Notes: a model not told the origin generated them from the sequence alone. DNA of 64,000 nt from Octopus sinensis (GCF_006345805.1 NC_042998.1:54746001-54810000), one strand, 5' to 3'. Counted from the stretch's first letter, positions 25,141-37,837 are shown. Program-made: numbers and translations.

Positions 25141-26806
25141 GATATAGGTCTTATATTCGTCCTAAAATACTTTCCTGTCACACACTCACGCACACGCGCA
25201 CACACACACACCCACTCACGCACACGCGCACACACACACACACACATGCACCCTCACACACACACACACGCACACACACACTCACACACACGCACGTTAG
25301 CTTACAATTTTATTTATATATTTGCGTGTCTATGTGTGTAAAGAGGAAGTGGCAGACTGAAAGAGTCACTCACTACAAAAGGTGAATTACTTTCATTTTA
25401 TTCCTTGCACACTGTGTGTGTGCGTGTGCGTGTGGTGTAAAACACATTAAGAAAAGCATTTGATATACACACCAGAATGTGAGTTTTCTGTAAATTTTGC
25501 TTAATTGGAGTTTAAATTTTAAAAAGTGGACCTGGCAAAACCCGATGCATTCTACTCTTAAAAATGCTAAGTAAATTGTAATTGAAGAAATCCTATATTG
25601 TAGATTTCTATAACTGACAAAGGGAGGCAGATAAAATCTGCCTTTTATAATAAGAGATACACTCTTTCTGTATTTAGTACCAAGATCCACACTTTGTTTA
25701 AGAGTTTACTTCATTCCACCATCAGAAGCTGCAGTTGAAAATCATCTTACATGATGGAACATGAGTATTCAAAAGTCATGTTCTCAAACACATATTGTAA
25801 TTTTGGTACTTCAAAAAATTTAGTAGTGATTACCAGTGAATCTCTCCTCTTGCATTCTCTTAGTCAAATATTAAAGTTGTAGTCCTTCGTCCCTTCTCAT
25901 TATTATCATTTTACATCTGCTTTTTATGTTGGCATTGGTTAAACATGTTATGGTCTGAGTCAGTTCCTGTTCAGAGTTAGCCTCTTAGACAAGCAGTAAC
26001 TCTAAGTAAGATCTGATTCCAGTGCCACTCTGGCCTGCCAGTAACAACACAATTTGGGGAACTTTTTCTGAAATATTTTAGAATCATTAAACAACCTATG
26101 TAAGTTAACGCAATATATTTTCTTGTGACCTACATTGTTCAAAGGTTTTTGTCAAACATTATTTATCCCCTAAAAAGTTCTACTTAATTTGAATTACCAT
26201 TGCAATAAGGAGAGGAAAATATTAAGACAAAAACTAATATCAATCAATCTAGTCACAGCAAAATATCAGCAACTCTAAAATTTTAATTAACATTAGATTA
26301 TTATTCATTTAATGTTAATTTAATCTGATCTTCAACATGCACAGTAACTCTAGATATGTTTTAATCCCCATGTAATTTCATCCTGTTACTCAGAAAGTAG
26401 GACCTTTGTGAACAAACAGCAGATAATAAAGACCGAGAGATTTTTCATACACTTAATATGGGTTTGGTAGATGTACCTGATGGAGCCCAAACCCTTTTGT
26501 TTCCGAAAGTTTCTTGAGGAAATGTCACTAAACAAACATGTGTCAATGGTTATTCTTTTACAGGTTTCAGCCCTAAGGCTATGGCCATGCTGGAGCACCA
26601 AAGAAAGGATAGTATTTTAAGAATTGGTTGGAATTTAACCCATATCCATTCAAAATATTCTACCTGTTTTATGTTCAAATTAGCTAGATTCTGACATCAC
26701 ACACCTATGCTACAATGTTACTCTAAAAATAAACAATCATATGATCAAAATCTCAGTACACCATGGTAATACATGATTGCTTCAAAACGATGTGAATAAA
26801 GACACA

Positions 26807-27125
26807 GGCGTGGCGGTGTGGTAACAAGCTTGTTTCCAAACCACGTGGTTCCGAGTTCAGTTCCACTGTGTAGCACTTTGAGCAAGTGCCTTCCACTATA
26901 GCCTCAGGCCAACCAAAGCCTTGTGAGTAAATTTAGTTGACAGAAACTGAAAGTAGCCCGTCGTGTGTGTGTGTGTGTGTGCTTGTTCCCCTGCCATCGC
27001 TTGACAACCGATGATGGTGTGTTTATGTCCCTGTAACTTAGCAGTTTGGAAGTCCTGGGGATTGATTTTTTGGACTAACACCCTTTAAGGGCCACATTCA
27101 AATGACTAAAACAAGTAAGAGAATA
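26807..27125 (+). mobile_element. Family B SINE
   Basis: Head, CORE-like block, (TG)n, shortened tail. Confidence 0.85.
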
Positions 27126-27504
27126 AAATAGGTTTTACATTTGATAGAGAAATCCAAATGCTAAAGAGTAAAAGTTGATGAATGTCAACAAAGAAATCTA
27201 CATGACTCTCCAGCCAGAATGACATCCACTGTGAAGATTCTTAGGTCACACAGAAAGGGTTATGCAATGAACTATGTCTCCATATAGATTTGCTTATCTG
27301 TTTCAGTTCACCATACCTAGACATATATCACTAGATTTCCTTTTAGTGCTAGTAAAGAAAAATGGTATGAAATAGAAAATGTAGAAATCGATTCTGGTCT
27401 GGGAAACTTGGCCTTCATCTGTCATCCCATAAAGAAATAGATTCTATTGAGATGGGGGTGATGTATGCAGTAAAAAATAAAATCTTAAAAAATTGATAAT
27501 TGTT

Positions 27505-28070
27505 GGTGTGGCTCTGTGGTAAGAATCTTGCTTCTCAACCACATGGTTCCAGGTTCAGTCCCACTGCAATGCACCTTGGGCAAGTGTCTTCTACTATAGC
27601 CTCTGGTTGACCAAACCCTTGTGAGAGGATTTGGTAGACAGAGACTGAGAGAAGCCTATCGTGTGTGTGTGTATATATATATATATATATTACAGAAAAC
27701 AAAAGATGAAATTTAATGCTCAGGAAGAGTAGAAAAGTCTTTGACAATTCCAGTCTATGCTCTTCAACAAAAAGGGCTGAGAGGTAAAAAATGGAGAATG
27801 AAAAAAAAAAAAAGAGAGAAAAAAATGTGCAGGGATTAGCAGTTCAACATGTGTGTGTGTGTCTTCGAGTCTGTATCCCCCACCATTGTTTGACAACCAG
27901 TGTTGGTGTGTTTACATTCCCATAACTCAGCAGTTCAGCAAAAGAGAACTGATAGAGTAAGTACCAGATTTAACAAAAAGTACTGGAGTCAATTCATTCA
28001 ATCAAAATTTTCTCATGCATGTGAAGCGGTGACACCAGAATGGCCATGACTTACGAGCCAAAAGCTATAT
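27505..28070 (+). mobile_element. Family B SINE split at its microsatellite
   Basis: 5' half at 27505-27690 and 3' half at 27850-28070, with unrelated DNA between. Confidence 0.7.
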
Positions 28071-28355
28071 AGTAAAAGATTTGTAATATATTAAGTTGGC
28101 TTCGTGCATTTTTCTCACTGTTTTGCATCCATTTTGTTTTTTATTTGCATTTATTCATGAATTAATAGCTGAACAGGTGAGAATTTTAAGTTCTAAAAGA
28201 TCAAGGGGGAATAACTCTACACTAACCCTTTTTTTTCGTTTTCTGTGGGCAAGTTGTGTCATTTTAAACATTTTCTCTCGTAAACAAAGAATTGAAGATT
28301 GAGTGCTTCATCTACGAAGTTTCCTATATCTATTTTATTATAAACAATAACATTC

Positions 28356-28779
28356 GGCAATCTTTCGTCTCTAGTAGACCATTCCGTCGATTTCCGTAAA
28401 AAATTTTTTTTTTTTTACATATGGGCTTGCGGGAACTTTTGAAGCAATGAGAGCGAAAGAGACTAAGAGAAAGCGATTGTATGACGAGGGAAGTTCTTTT
28501 GAAGTTACCGTGCATGGGAGCATTGATGGACATGTGTGTGTGTGTGTGTTTGATGGGGTGTGGGAGACAGACAGTATGTTGTTTAAGTGAAGTGCTTCTG
28601 TTAGTGTGTGTGAAGAGACAGAGTAATGTGTGAAAGAAAGAGATAACTGAAATTTTTTACTCGGTGTATGTGTATATGTAGGTATATTACTTCAAAAGTT
28701 CCCGCAAGCCCATATGTAAAAAAAGAAAAAAATTTTTACGGAAATCGACGGAAAGGTCTACTAGAGACGAAAGATCGCC
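28356..28779. mobile_element. Second Merlin-like MITE with 8-bp TSD
   Basis: TIRs ggcaatctttcgtctctagtagacc... / ...ggtctactagagacgaaagatcgcc. TSD TAACATTC at 28348-28355 and 28780-28787. Core is the inverse of 24843-25068. Confidence 0.88.
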
Positions 28780-28859
28780 TAACATTCAAGTTCATTTCTA
28801 ATAACTAACTTGGAAATATGATAAAAACATTTTCCCAAATTATCTTATCATTAGGGCAA

Positions 28860-29045
28860 GAACTGTTTGAACGCTGAGCAAAATGTTTAGCAGCATTTTA
28901 ACTGTCTTTAGATTCCGAGTTCAAATTCTACCAAAGTCGACTTTGTCTTTCATCCTTTCAGGATCGAGAAATTAAGTACCAGTTGAGCGCTGGGGTCACT
29001 GTAATTGATTCCCCTTTCAGGCTTTGTGCCTATAGTAGAAATGAT
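28860..29045 (+). mobile_element. Family C SINE (degenerate)
   Basis: gagttcaaattctaccaaagtcgactttgtctttcatcctttcaggatcgag. Confidence 0.75.
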
Positions 29046-31332
29046 AATTGTTATTACTAGAAGAAAAACCGCCCTTCAGGCGGTTTTCTGCTGGCATATC
29101 TGTTGCGTATATTGATATTATATATAGATATGATACATAAATTATAGAGTAAATTGACAATATGCTCATAAATTGAATAAAGACTCTGTTATAGTTTATT
29201 TCATAATCAGTAAAATAATTCATGATACATTTTAAAAAGTCGATAATGAAAATTGGAAAAGAGATAAGACTATCAAGGGAAAATGTTCATGAATCTTCAC
29301 TTGAGTGAATTTAAAAGTAGATGTTCTGGTGGGAATTAATGAATTACATTTACCAATATGAAGAGATGAGTTTTGTTATATTGTTGTTTCATTATATTCA
29401 CTTATAGACGTCTTAAGTGTTTCTAGTGCCCCTTACCTAGCAATTAAAAAGAAACTTAAATACATTTCAATTAAAAGAGAATAATGAATGTCTCACATCA
29501 CTGTAGAATTTCTTTGTAGACACAATTGTCAGCAAATGGACCCTTTTCATTGATCTCAGTTGATATTTTTATATTTTCTTTTCGTGACGCTCTTGATAAT
29601 GCAACAGACATCTGACCATGTGCGAAGAATTGTGTTGGGAGATGATATTATTGACTAAATAATTTCAAGGTGGTACCCCAGCACAACCGAATCAAATACA
29701 AGTTGAAAACTTAATTCTGTTAGACAGGAATTATTGTTTTTGCACAACGTAATACTTTTAAAAATAATTTACTCACTTGTTTTGTTGAGTTCGGTTTTTT
29801 AAACGCGAAATAAAACTATTTGTTTACATATTGAATTCAAACGGAAGTTGACATTTATAACAGAAATGAATCTTGTAATATTAAGCATTATAATTAATGT
29901 TTAATATTCAAATAAACTTTATAGTTTAAAATTTTTAATATTCATTCATAATTTATTCAAAGTAATATGAATTTTTTTAATAACGTTGGGAAAAAAATAA
30001 ACTGGATACAGTACCATACTTCTTCAATCATTGTCATATATACATTTGTCGCATTTAAGTTCAAGGAGATAGTACAGTAAGTGTGGCCTCTGCTGGTCAA
30101 TTCATCATTGTAAGATAATTGTGATGTTCAGTTGAAGAACTTTTAAATAAAGATCATAAGAAACTTTTTGTCCTGGCATTTTGGTTTCTTGCTCAGTTTA
30201 AACAACTGCTTCTGGTATTGGGAAATTCACTATTGGAGAGAAATATATTTTGAAAATCACTTCATCTCCGAGAAGGAAGAGTCATTGATAATGCAGGTTG
30301 ATGCTGCATATTCAGAATTAAAACTTCTAGATACAAGCTCCCACCTCATCAGCATCGTCTTTTAACGTATGTCTTCTATGCTGGCATGGCTTGGATGGTC
30401 TGGCAGTATCTGCTGAGTGAGAGGACTGTGTTGCACTCCAACGTCTACTTTGGCACCTTTTGTACAGCTTATTTGCTTTTCTTAATGCCAGTCACTTCAC
30501 ACAGTTTACTGGGTGCTTTTTTTCATGTCACCAGCACAATTGACATGTAGCTCATAATGTAGCTTGCAAGACTAAGATCTTATCAATGGAGTAGAGCTAC
30601 AGTTGAGAGGGCAGCAGCTTTATATTAAGCAATGAAAGGTTAAAGTATGGAAAAAGGTAAAGTTATCTTTTCAAGTCATGCCAGGACATAAGAGCTGGTT
30701 TCTATGGTATATAAGTTCCCCTCCTGGATTGGACACAAGCCCATTGCAGGATTACTCATTTTTGCCAGCTGAGTGGACTGGAGTCACGTGAAATGAAGGA
30801 AGAGGTTGTAACAGGTTTTTTGTTGTAGAGGAGATACATGGCTACACACTTTATATAAGAGAAGATGGATGGGAATAATCCCAGTGAAGCTGAAAAGAAA
30901 GGTAAAGACGTTAGAGATGAAGTATCATGATGTTTAGTTAGATCCTTTTGCACTGCTTGTATGAAAATTATCACATGATTTCAAGACAAGGAGACAAATA
31001 CACAGACACACACCAACATCTTCCCTCATACCTTAACCCCTCTCTAACATATAGATGAAGCAGCTTCTCTCCTTGGGTTTGTTGACTTGCAAGCAATGTA
31101 GTGACCTCAATAATTTTTGTAGTACACAAAGCAAGGTGGTTGGTATTTGGAAGGGCATCAAGCTGTAGAAACCATGCCACTGGGGCATGTTGCATTCCTT
31201 AGACTCATTGGATCCATGCCAAACTGTCCATAGATGTTAAATGATGTTAAATTTTTGCCAAGCATGCTTTAGCTTCATTACTATGGCAACAGTCTGGATG
31301 CTTGTTGATCAGACCTCGTGTATATATATGTA

Positions 31333-32633
31333 TATATATATACAAAAATAAATGTGTAATGGTGTCTGTCTATGTGTATGTTTGGGGTTACTCTAACTCC
31401 TCCCATACCATCCAACCAATTTAAATGATTTTTGGCACATAGGTAGATTACATGCCCTGAAGTTCAAATAAGGCTGCGGGAATTTTTCACAAACTCAATG
31501 ATGCTCAGTTGGTATCGACTTTTTGTGAGCTCAATCAGGCGTTTGAATGGAAATTCCCATAACAATGTTATTTTCCCTGCAGCTTTTGCATTTTTTGTCC
31601 GATTTTGATGAAAATCGATGAGTGAGTGAGGATCATGTCAGTATATGGCATTGACAAAAAATCGATAGTTGCACCAGAGCAGTGGTTTTATAAAAATCGA
31701 TAGGCTTTTTGTGTGAAAATACCCTTAGGGATTTTATTTTTGGCCATAACTTTTATAATTTATATCTGATTTCAATGAAATTTGAGATGTAGGTAAATTT
31801 CGTGGTGAGGGAGACAGTAAAGGTGTTTATTTAATTCAAAAGGGCACAAATGCAAATAAGCATTTCCTTGGAGACATTCTTATCGATTTTGTAGAAATTT
31901 TACACATGATTACAGTTCCTATCCATTAGTAGATGCCAGCATGAAGAGTTGACAAAAAATTAATAATTGCATGTGAGGAGGGGATTTTAAGAAATCAATA
32001 GGCTTTTGTATGTAATTACCCATAGGATTAATATTTTATGCTGTAACTTTTACAGAATTCATCTGATTTTGATGAAATGTTTAAGTAAAATTTATGGTCA
32101 GAGTCATGAAGTAGAATTAAAATTAAACTGGTGAAAGGCAGAAATTTTCAAACTTTAATCACAATACAATAATGAACTGATTTTGAAGAAAATTGACCCA
32201 TGAGTAAAATTAAGCACTTCAACATATGAAACATCAATTATTCATATAATTATTGGGATTTAAATGTCAATGGAATATTTTCATGTAAATGGTCACATGG
32301 ATTCTGTTTTATGGCACATGGATTCTGTTTTCTTCGGATTTTGCTGAGATTGGACACACTGATCAATTTTGTTCAAAGGGTGGCATTAAGAAAAGAGAAA
32401 TAAACAAGCATCACTCTCAACGGGTCAAGGTATACCCAAAAGTTTGCTATTTCGAGCAGTCCAGTATGTAGGAATATGTCGAAAGCATTAACCGGGTAAA
32501 ATCTCTGCCGAACCAGACATAACATCTTAATGGGTAATAGTTGGCATGGGGAACATAGAAGATTTCAATACAAGGTCAGAGGTGGGTTTAACTCTACATG
32601 GAAAACACAAGCAATGCTAGGTCCAACAGCTAG
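31333..32633 (+). mobile_element. Non-autonomous Helitron-like element
   Basis: 5' end (ta)n-caaaaataaatgtgtaatggtgtctgtc. 3' end caagcaatgctaggtccaacagCTAG|T is the CpG-decayed form of the hairpin-CTAG end at 23373. Repeated gattttgatgaaa sub-motifs inside. Confidence 0.6.
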
Positions 32634-32654
32634 TATACATATATCTATATATAT

Positions 32655-32935
32655 ATTCTTATTATCATGCCCAGTTTCCCGGTTTCTATGGCATATGTGT
32701 TCCCCCCAGCTGGACAGGATACCAGTCCATCACAGCATTACTCAAGAAACAGGAAGAAAGAGTGAGAGAAAGTTGGGGCGAAAGAGTACAACAGGGGTCG
32801 CAACCAGCCCCTGCTGGAGCTTCGTGGAGCTTTAGGTGTTTTCACTCAATAAACACAACGCCCGGTCTGGGAATCGAAACTGTGATCCTCCGACCGCAAG
32901 TCCGCTGCCCTAGCCACTGGGCCATTGCGCCTCCA
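32655..32935 (-). mobile_element. tRNA-derived SINE, family D (tRNA-Arg-like head, OR-type)
   Basis: Minus strand ggaggcgcaatggcccagtggctagggcagcggacttgcggtcggaggatcacagtttcgattccc. Confidence 0.8.
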
Positions 32936-33215
32936 CAGACACACACACATATATATATATATACCTATGCACACACACAACAGGCTTCCTTCACTTTCCA
33001 GCTAATAAGTCCACTCACAAGATTTTACTCAACCAAGGTTATAGTAGATGACATGTGCCCAAGGTGCCACATAATGGGACTGAACCTGAAACTTATATAC
33101 AGACAGGTTCAGCTACACTTGCATCTGTATATTCATAAAATAAAAAAATAGAAACATAGATGATTTTCTAACATATTACTCCTTAAAATTTCTATATTCT
33201 TGTTTTCTTTTCCAG

Positions 33216-33364
33216 AATGCTCTTCTTGTATATGACGAGAAAGTTCCACTCAGCATTCAAGAAGGGTACCAGGTATTCCTAGGAAAATCCTTAACTCGTA
33301 TACAATACCAAGTTTACGCTCATCTCAGACGGATTGGCTATATTGTTTTTAGGTTCGAAAACAA
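33216..33364 (+). CDS. TSEN54: TSEN54 coding exon 5 (NALLVYDEKVPLSIQEGYQVFLGKSLTRIQYQVYAHLRRIGYIVFRFENK)
   Basis: Acceptor ttttcttttccag, donor GTGAGT, 149 nt, phase 0-2. PLSIQExY and QYQVYxHLxRxGYxVxRF motifs. Confidence 0.96.
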
Positions 33365-33443
33365 GTGAGTATTCAAAATGGAAACTTCTCTTTTATTTAT
33401 TTATTCAGACAAGAAAGTTAGTTTCAAATGCAGTATAGTTGTG

Positions 33444-33614
33444 AAAACAGCCGAGTAAGATTGGGTATTTTACCCTTAGAAGACAGAAAAAAATTGTCAT
33501 CAGTCAGCTACGGAGAATCGAACTCTATACCTCTCTGATACTGGCCGGGTGCTCTGTACCAACTTTTTTTTTGCATCTTCTAAGGGTAAATACCCAACCT
33601 TTCTTAACTGTTTT
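33444..33614. repeat. About 50-bp inverted repeat enclosing a tRNA-like fragment
   Basis: Arms contain ttgggtattttacccttagaaga / tcttctaagggtaaatacccaa. On the minus strand the loop has agttggtacagagc (A-box-like) and gagttcgattctcc (B-box). Confidence 0.65.
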
Positions 33615-34249
33615 TTGCAGTTTTACTGCACTTCTAATGTTTGTTTACAAAATGTTCCCTCTTTATTTGTATATATATTTTTTCTTTTAGTGCTTAGTCA
33701 GAGAGGGAATAGCAGCACCCATCTCTCTATATTTCTTCACGCTCTCCAAAAAATTATTGGAGTGAGTTATTCTCAACCTTCAAACTTGGCCTAAATGCTA
33801 GCAAGAGACTGAACTCCATGAAAACCACCCAAAATGCCAGGTGTTTGTGTCTAACTAAATCTCAGTTTAAGTCGATTATCCAAGAACTCAGATTGCCAAA
33901 AAAATTGGGCAAAATACAAGATATCTCATAAGTGCTCTAGTAATTCTACCGATGCACTAAGCTGCTTCTTTGTTCTATTAACAATAAAACGAATGAAAGG
34001 CAAAGTCAACCTTGACAGTATTTGAATTTAGATCATACAGAGTTGGAGCAAATACTGCCTTTTTTTCATCATGTAACAATGCCAAACTCTCGAGAATGAT
34101 TATTTTGTAGTTTCTACAAGCTGTTTAGTAAGGTCAGCCATCTCATGTAGATGAATTGTAATCTGTGACATTCCACTTGTGACCACCCCAACTGTTCTTG
34201 AAACATCATGTGTCAGGAACAATATTGTTTAGCATGTTCCATTTTTAAA

Positions 34250-34490
34250 AGTGGTACAACCTATCGTGGCCACTGCCAGCCTCTCCTGGCACCTGTGCTG
34301 GTGGCATGTAAAAATCACCCACTACACTCTTGGAGTGGTTGGCATTAGGAAGGGCATCCAGCTGTAGAAACACTGCCAGATCAGACTGGAGCCTGGTGCA
34401 GCCTCCTGGCTTCCCAGACCCCGGTCGAACCGTCCAACCCATGCTAGCATGGGAAACGGACATTAGACGATGATGATGATGATGATGATG
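34250..34490 (+). mobile_element. RTE 3' UTR fragment with (GAT)n tail
   Basis: Ends ...ccgtccaacccatgctagcatgggaaacggacattagacgatgatgatg. Confidence 0.85.
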
Positions 34491-34954
34491 TAGTGTATAA
34501 TTTGAAAGAAATTTTACTGTTATTTCTAGCAGATCAAGTGACTGCAACGAGGCTTTCTTATTGATGTGTATGCATGTGTGATTGTTCAATCATTCATTTG
34601 CTTGGTTTGTTTTAGATCCTTTTTTTTTCCCCATGCCAGCCTTGTGTTTTTTTGCTACTAGATGCTCTTTTGTTGCTAACTCATTTGTTTTCCAAATAAG
34701 GGATTTATTATTCTACATATTTTTGAAAGCACAGAGCCAAAGGAAGAAATTGCTGAGAGAAAAATTGACAGCTTCACCCTTTAACTCATTAATTTTCTGA
34801 GAACTGCTAACACACAAAGAATAGAGGCATGCTTTCACACACACACACACATACACACCTCACATCGTAAAGTCGACCCCCACTCCCTCGGGGTTCATAG
34901 ACTTGTGAGCTGCATGGCACCTCAGTAATGTTCATGGCATACAAAAAACACCCA

Positions 34955-35270
34955 AAGTGTCGGGTTCACAATCATGAAGTAGTGAGTTTGATTCCCAGAT
35001 CAGGCTGTGTGTTGTGTTCTTGAGCAAAACACTTTATTTCACATTGTTCCAATTCACTCGGCTGTAGAAATAAGTTGCCACATCACTGGTGTCAAGCTAT
35101 CAGCTATTGTCTTTCTCTTGGATGATGTCAGTGGCATGGAGAGAAGAGGCTGGTATGCAAGGGCGACTGCTGGTCTTTCATAAACAGCCTTGCCTAGACT
35201 TGTGCTTCAGAGGGAAACTTTTTTGGTGCAATCCTATGGTCATTCGTGAACAAAGGGGGTCTTTACCTAC
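34955..35270 (+). mobile_element. Family E SINE
   Basis: B-box gagtttgattccc, then ttgagcaaaacacttt. Parallel copy at 36020-36320. Confidence 0.8.
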
Positions 35271-35291
35271 ATATAAATGTGTGTGTGTCTT

Positions 35292-35335
<44 letters not shown>

Positions 35336-35336
<1 letters not shown>

Positions 35337-35824
35337 CAACAATTGAGGGCAAAATTAATTAATTATTAATCAATTTCACCAAGTGTTCAGTATGCAAAGG
35401 GACCATTCAAGGCGAATTCAAATTATTACATTATATAAAAGGGCTTAGTAAAATAAATTACTTTGCCGCATACTGAACTCATTAGAAATAGCAGCTAAAA
35501 AACTTTTTTAAAACTATTTCTAATACTTAAAGAAAATCTCTCTCATATATAGTGTTTGCTTAATTCAACTCACAAAAGTTTGGGGGTAAGGACATCGAAA
35601 AATCAAATGCTAAGGTTATTCTCGTACGTTCTCAATAACCTTAGCATTTGATTTTTCGATGTCCTTACCCCCAAACTTTTGTGAGTTGAATTAAGCAAAC
35701 ACTATATATGAGAGAGATTTTCTTTAAGTATTAGAAATAGCTTTAAAAAAGTTTTTTAGCTGCTATTTCTAATGAGTTCAGTATGCGGCAAAGTAATTTA
35801 TTTTACTAAGCCCTTTTATATAAT
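35336..35824. mobile_element. (TA)n-flanked element with 191-bp near-perfect fold-back
   Basis: Arms 35430-35620 and 35634-35824 with one visible mismatch and a 13-bp spacer. Confidence 0.9.
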
Positions 35825-35967
35825 ATATATATATATATGTATAATACTTATATATAAAATGTACAAAAGGGAACAAGAACACAAACTACACAAAGATACG
35901 ACACAAAAAAAACAGACAGGTCATTCAAAGCCTCTAATCTTCAGTCAGGAACCGGATTATCTTAGCA

Positions 35968-36011
<44 letters not shown>

Positions 36012-36019
36012 TTGTGAAT

Positions 36020-36320
36020 AAGGTTGTGAGTTCAATTTCCAGACCAGGTTGTATGTTGTGTTCTTGAGCAATACACTTTATTTCTCATTGCTCCAATCCA
36101 CTCAGCTGCAGAAATGAGTTGCAATATCACTGGTGCCAAACTGTATTGGTGTTTGCCTTTTCCTTGGGCAACATCAGTGGTGTGGAGAGGGGAGGCTGGT
36201 ATGCATGAATGACTGTAGGTCTTCCACAAACAACCTTGCCTGAACTTGTGCCTTGGAGGGGAACTTTTTTTAGGTACAATCTCATGGTCATTCATGACCA
36301 AGGGGGCTCTTTACCATTTA
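36020..36320 (+). mobile_element. Family E SINE
   Basis: Homologous to 34955-35270. Confidence 0.8.
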
Positions 36321-37071
36321 ACCATTACATATCGTGTAGTGGTTGTAATTAGGAAGGACACCCAGCTGTTGGAACCATGTCGAGGCAGTCACTGGAGGAT
36401 GATGTAGTCCTTGGGCCCATTAGATCTGTCAGTTAAAATGTTCAACCCATGGTAGCTTGGAATATAGATATTAACTAATGATCTTGATGATTATGTGTGT
36501 GAATACACAATGAGCTTTGTACAGTATCTGCCTACCAAATTAACTCTCAAGACATTGTGTTGTTTTCATTTAGCACTAGACAAACCCTTATTGAACAGAA
36601 ATATGTCCAAAACACTTACTGCTGTAACACCCACCCCTCGCAACACACATTTTTTTTTTCTCAAGGTGCAGGAATGGCTGTGTGGTAAGTAGCTTGCTTA
36701 CCGACCACATGGTTCCGGGTTCAGTCCCACTGCATGGCACCTTGGGCAAGTGTCTTCTACTATAGCCTCGGCCGACCAAAGCCTTGTGAGTGGATTTGGT
36801 AGACGGAAAATGAAAGAAGCCTGTTGTATATCTGTGTATATACATATATATATATATATATATAACTAATGTAGGATAAAATTTTTTTCGGGAAAAAAAT
36901 TTTATCAATGGCCAGCATATCAAAAAATACCTTTAAAGGTTAAATTTATAAATAATTTACAAGATAAGGGCAGAAGAAAAATTCTAATGCCAAATATGCC
37001 GAAACCAAAAATTGTCGATAACCATTATAATTTATGCGTCTCGAAACAATAGAAATCTCTAGAAAATTTGT

Positions 37072-37133
37072 TATTACCGTATTGGTCCAATTTCGGGCTT
37101 AATTCATAAGAAAATTTTCCCCTCTTCAGCGGC
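37072..37133 (-). ncRNA. Type I hammerhead ribozyme (intact core)
   Basis: GCCG CUGAAGA GGG-...-CCC GAA AUUG-GAC-CAAU A|CGGU. Stems I, II and III all pair, with an AUA cleavage triplet. Confidence 0.8.
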
Positions 37134-37371
37134 CATTGATAAAAAATTTTTCCCAAAAAAATTTTATCCTACATTAGTTATAAATTTGAATAGCGTTCAC
37201 TTCCGGATTCTACCACTCTGTGAAAGTTTCTAGTTTGAATCACACGTGTCTCGAGATGTGCCAAAGATTTTTCTATTTTGGATATATTTGGGGTACTTAA
37301 GTCTGCTCAGGACTTAGTGCTTGCTTTTTCCATGGGTATGAGTAAGTATTTCACTTATATCTCACGTATTA

Positions 37372-37432
37372 GCCGCTGAAGAGGGAACATTTTCTTATGA
37401 ATTAACTCCGAAATTGGACCAATATGGTAATA
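37372..37432 (+). ncRNA. Type I hammerhead ribozyme (intact core, sense to TSEN54)
   Basis: GCCG CUGAAGA GGG-...-UCC GAA AUUG-GAC-CAAU A|UGGU. Predicted cleavage after 37424. Confidence 0.75.
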
Positions 37433-37837
37433 ACGAATTTTTTAGAGATTTCTATTGGTTTGTTTCGAGACGCATAAATTATAATGGTTATCGACAATTT
37501 TTTGTTTCGGCATGTTTGGCATTAGAATTTTTCTTCTGCCCTTATCTTGTAAATTATTTATAAATTTAACCTTTAAAGGTATTTTTTGATATGCTGGCCA
37601 ATGATAAAAAATTTTTCCCGAAAAGAATTTTATCGTACATTAGTTATAAATTTGAATAGTGTTCACTTCCGGATTCTATCACTCTGTGAAAGTTTCTAGT
37701 TCGAATCACACGTGTTCCGAGATATGCCGAAGATTTTTCTATTTTGGATATATTTGGGGTACTTAAGTCTGCTCAGGACTTAGTGCTTGCTTTTTCCATG
37801 GGTATGAGTAAGTATTTCACTTATATCTCGCGTATTT

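Noticed and set aside
32860-32935. tRNA-like sequences (also 45020-45092)
   Set aside because: These are SINE heads that continue into SINE bodies, not tRNA genes.
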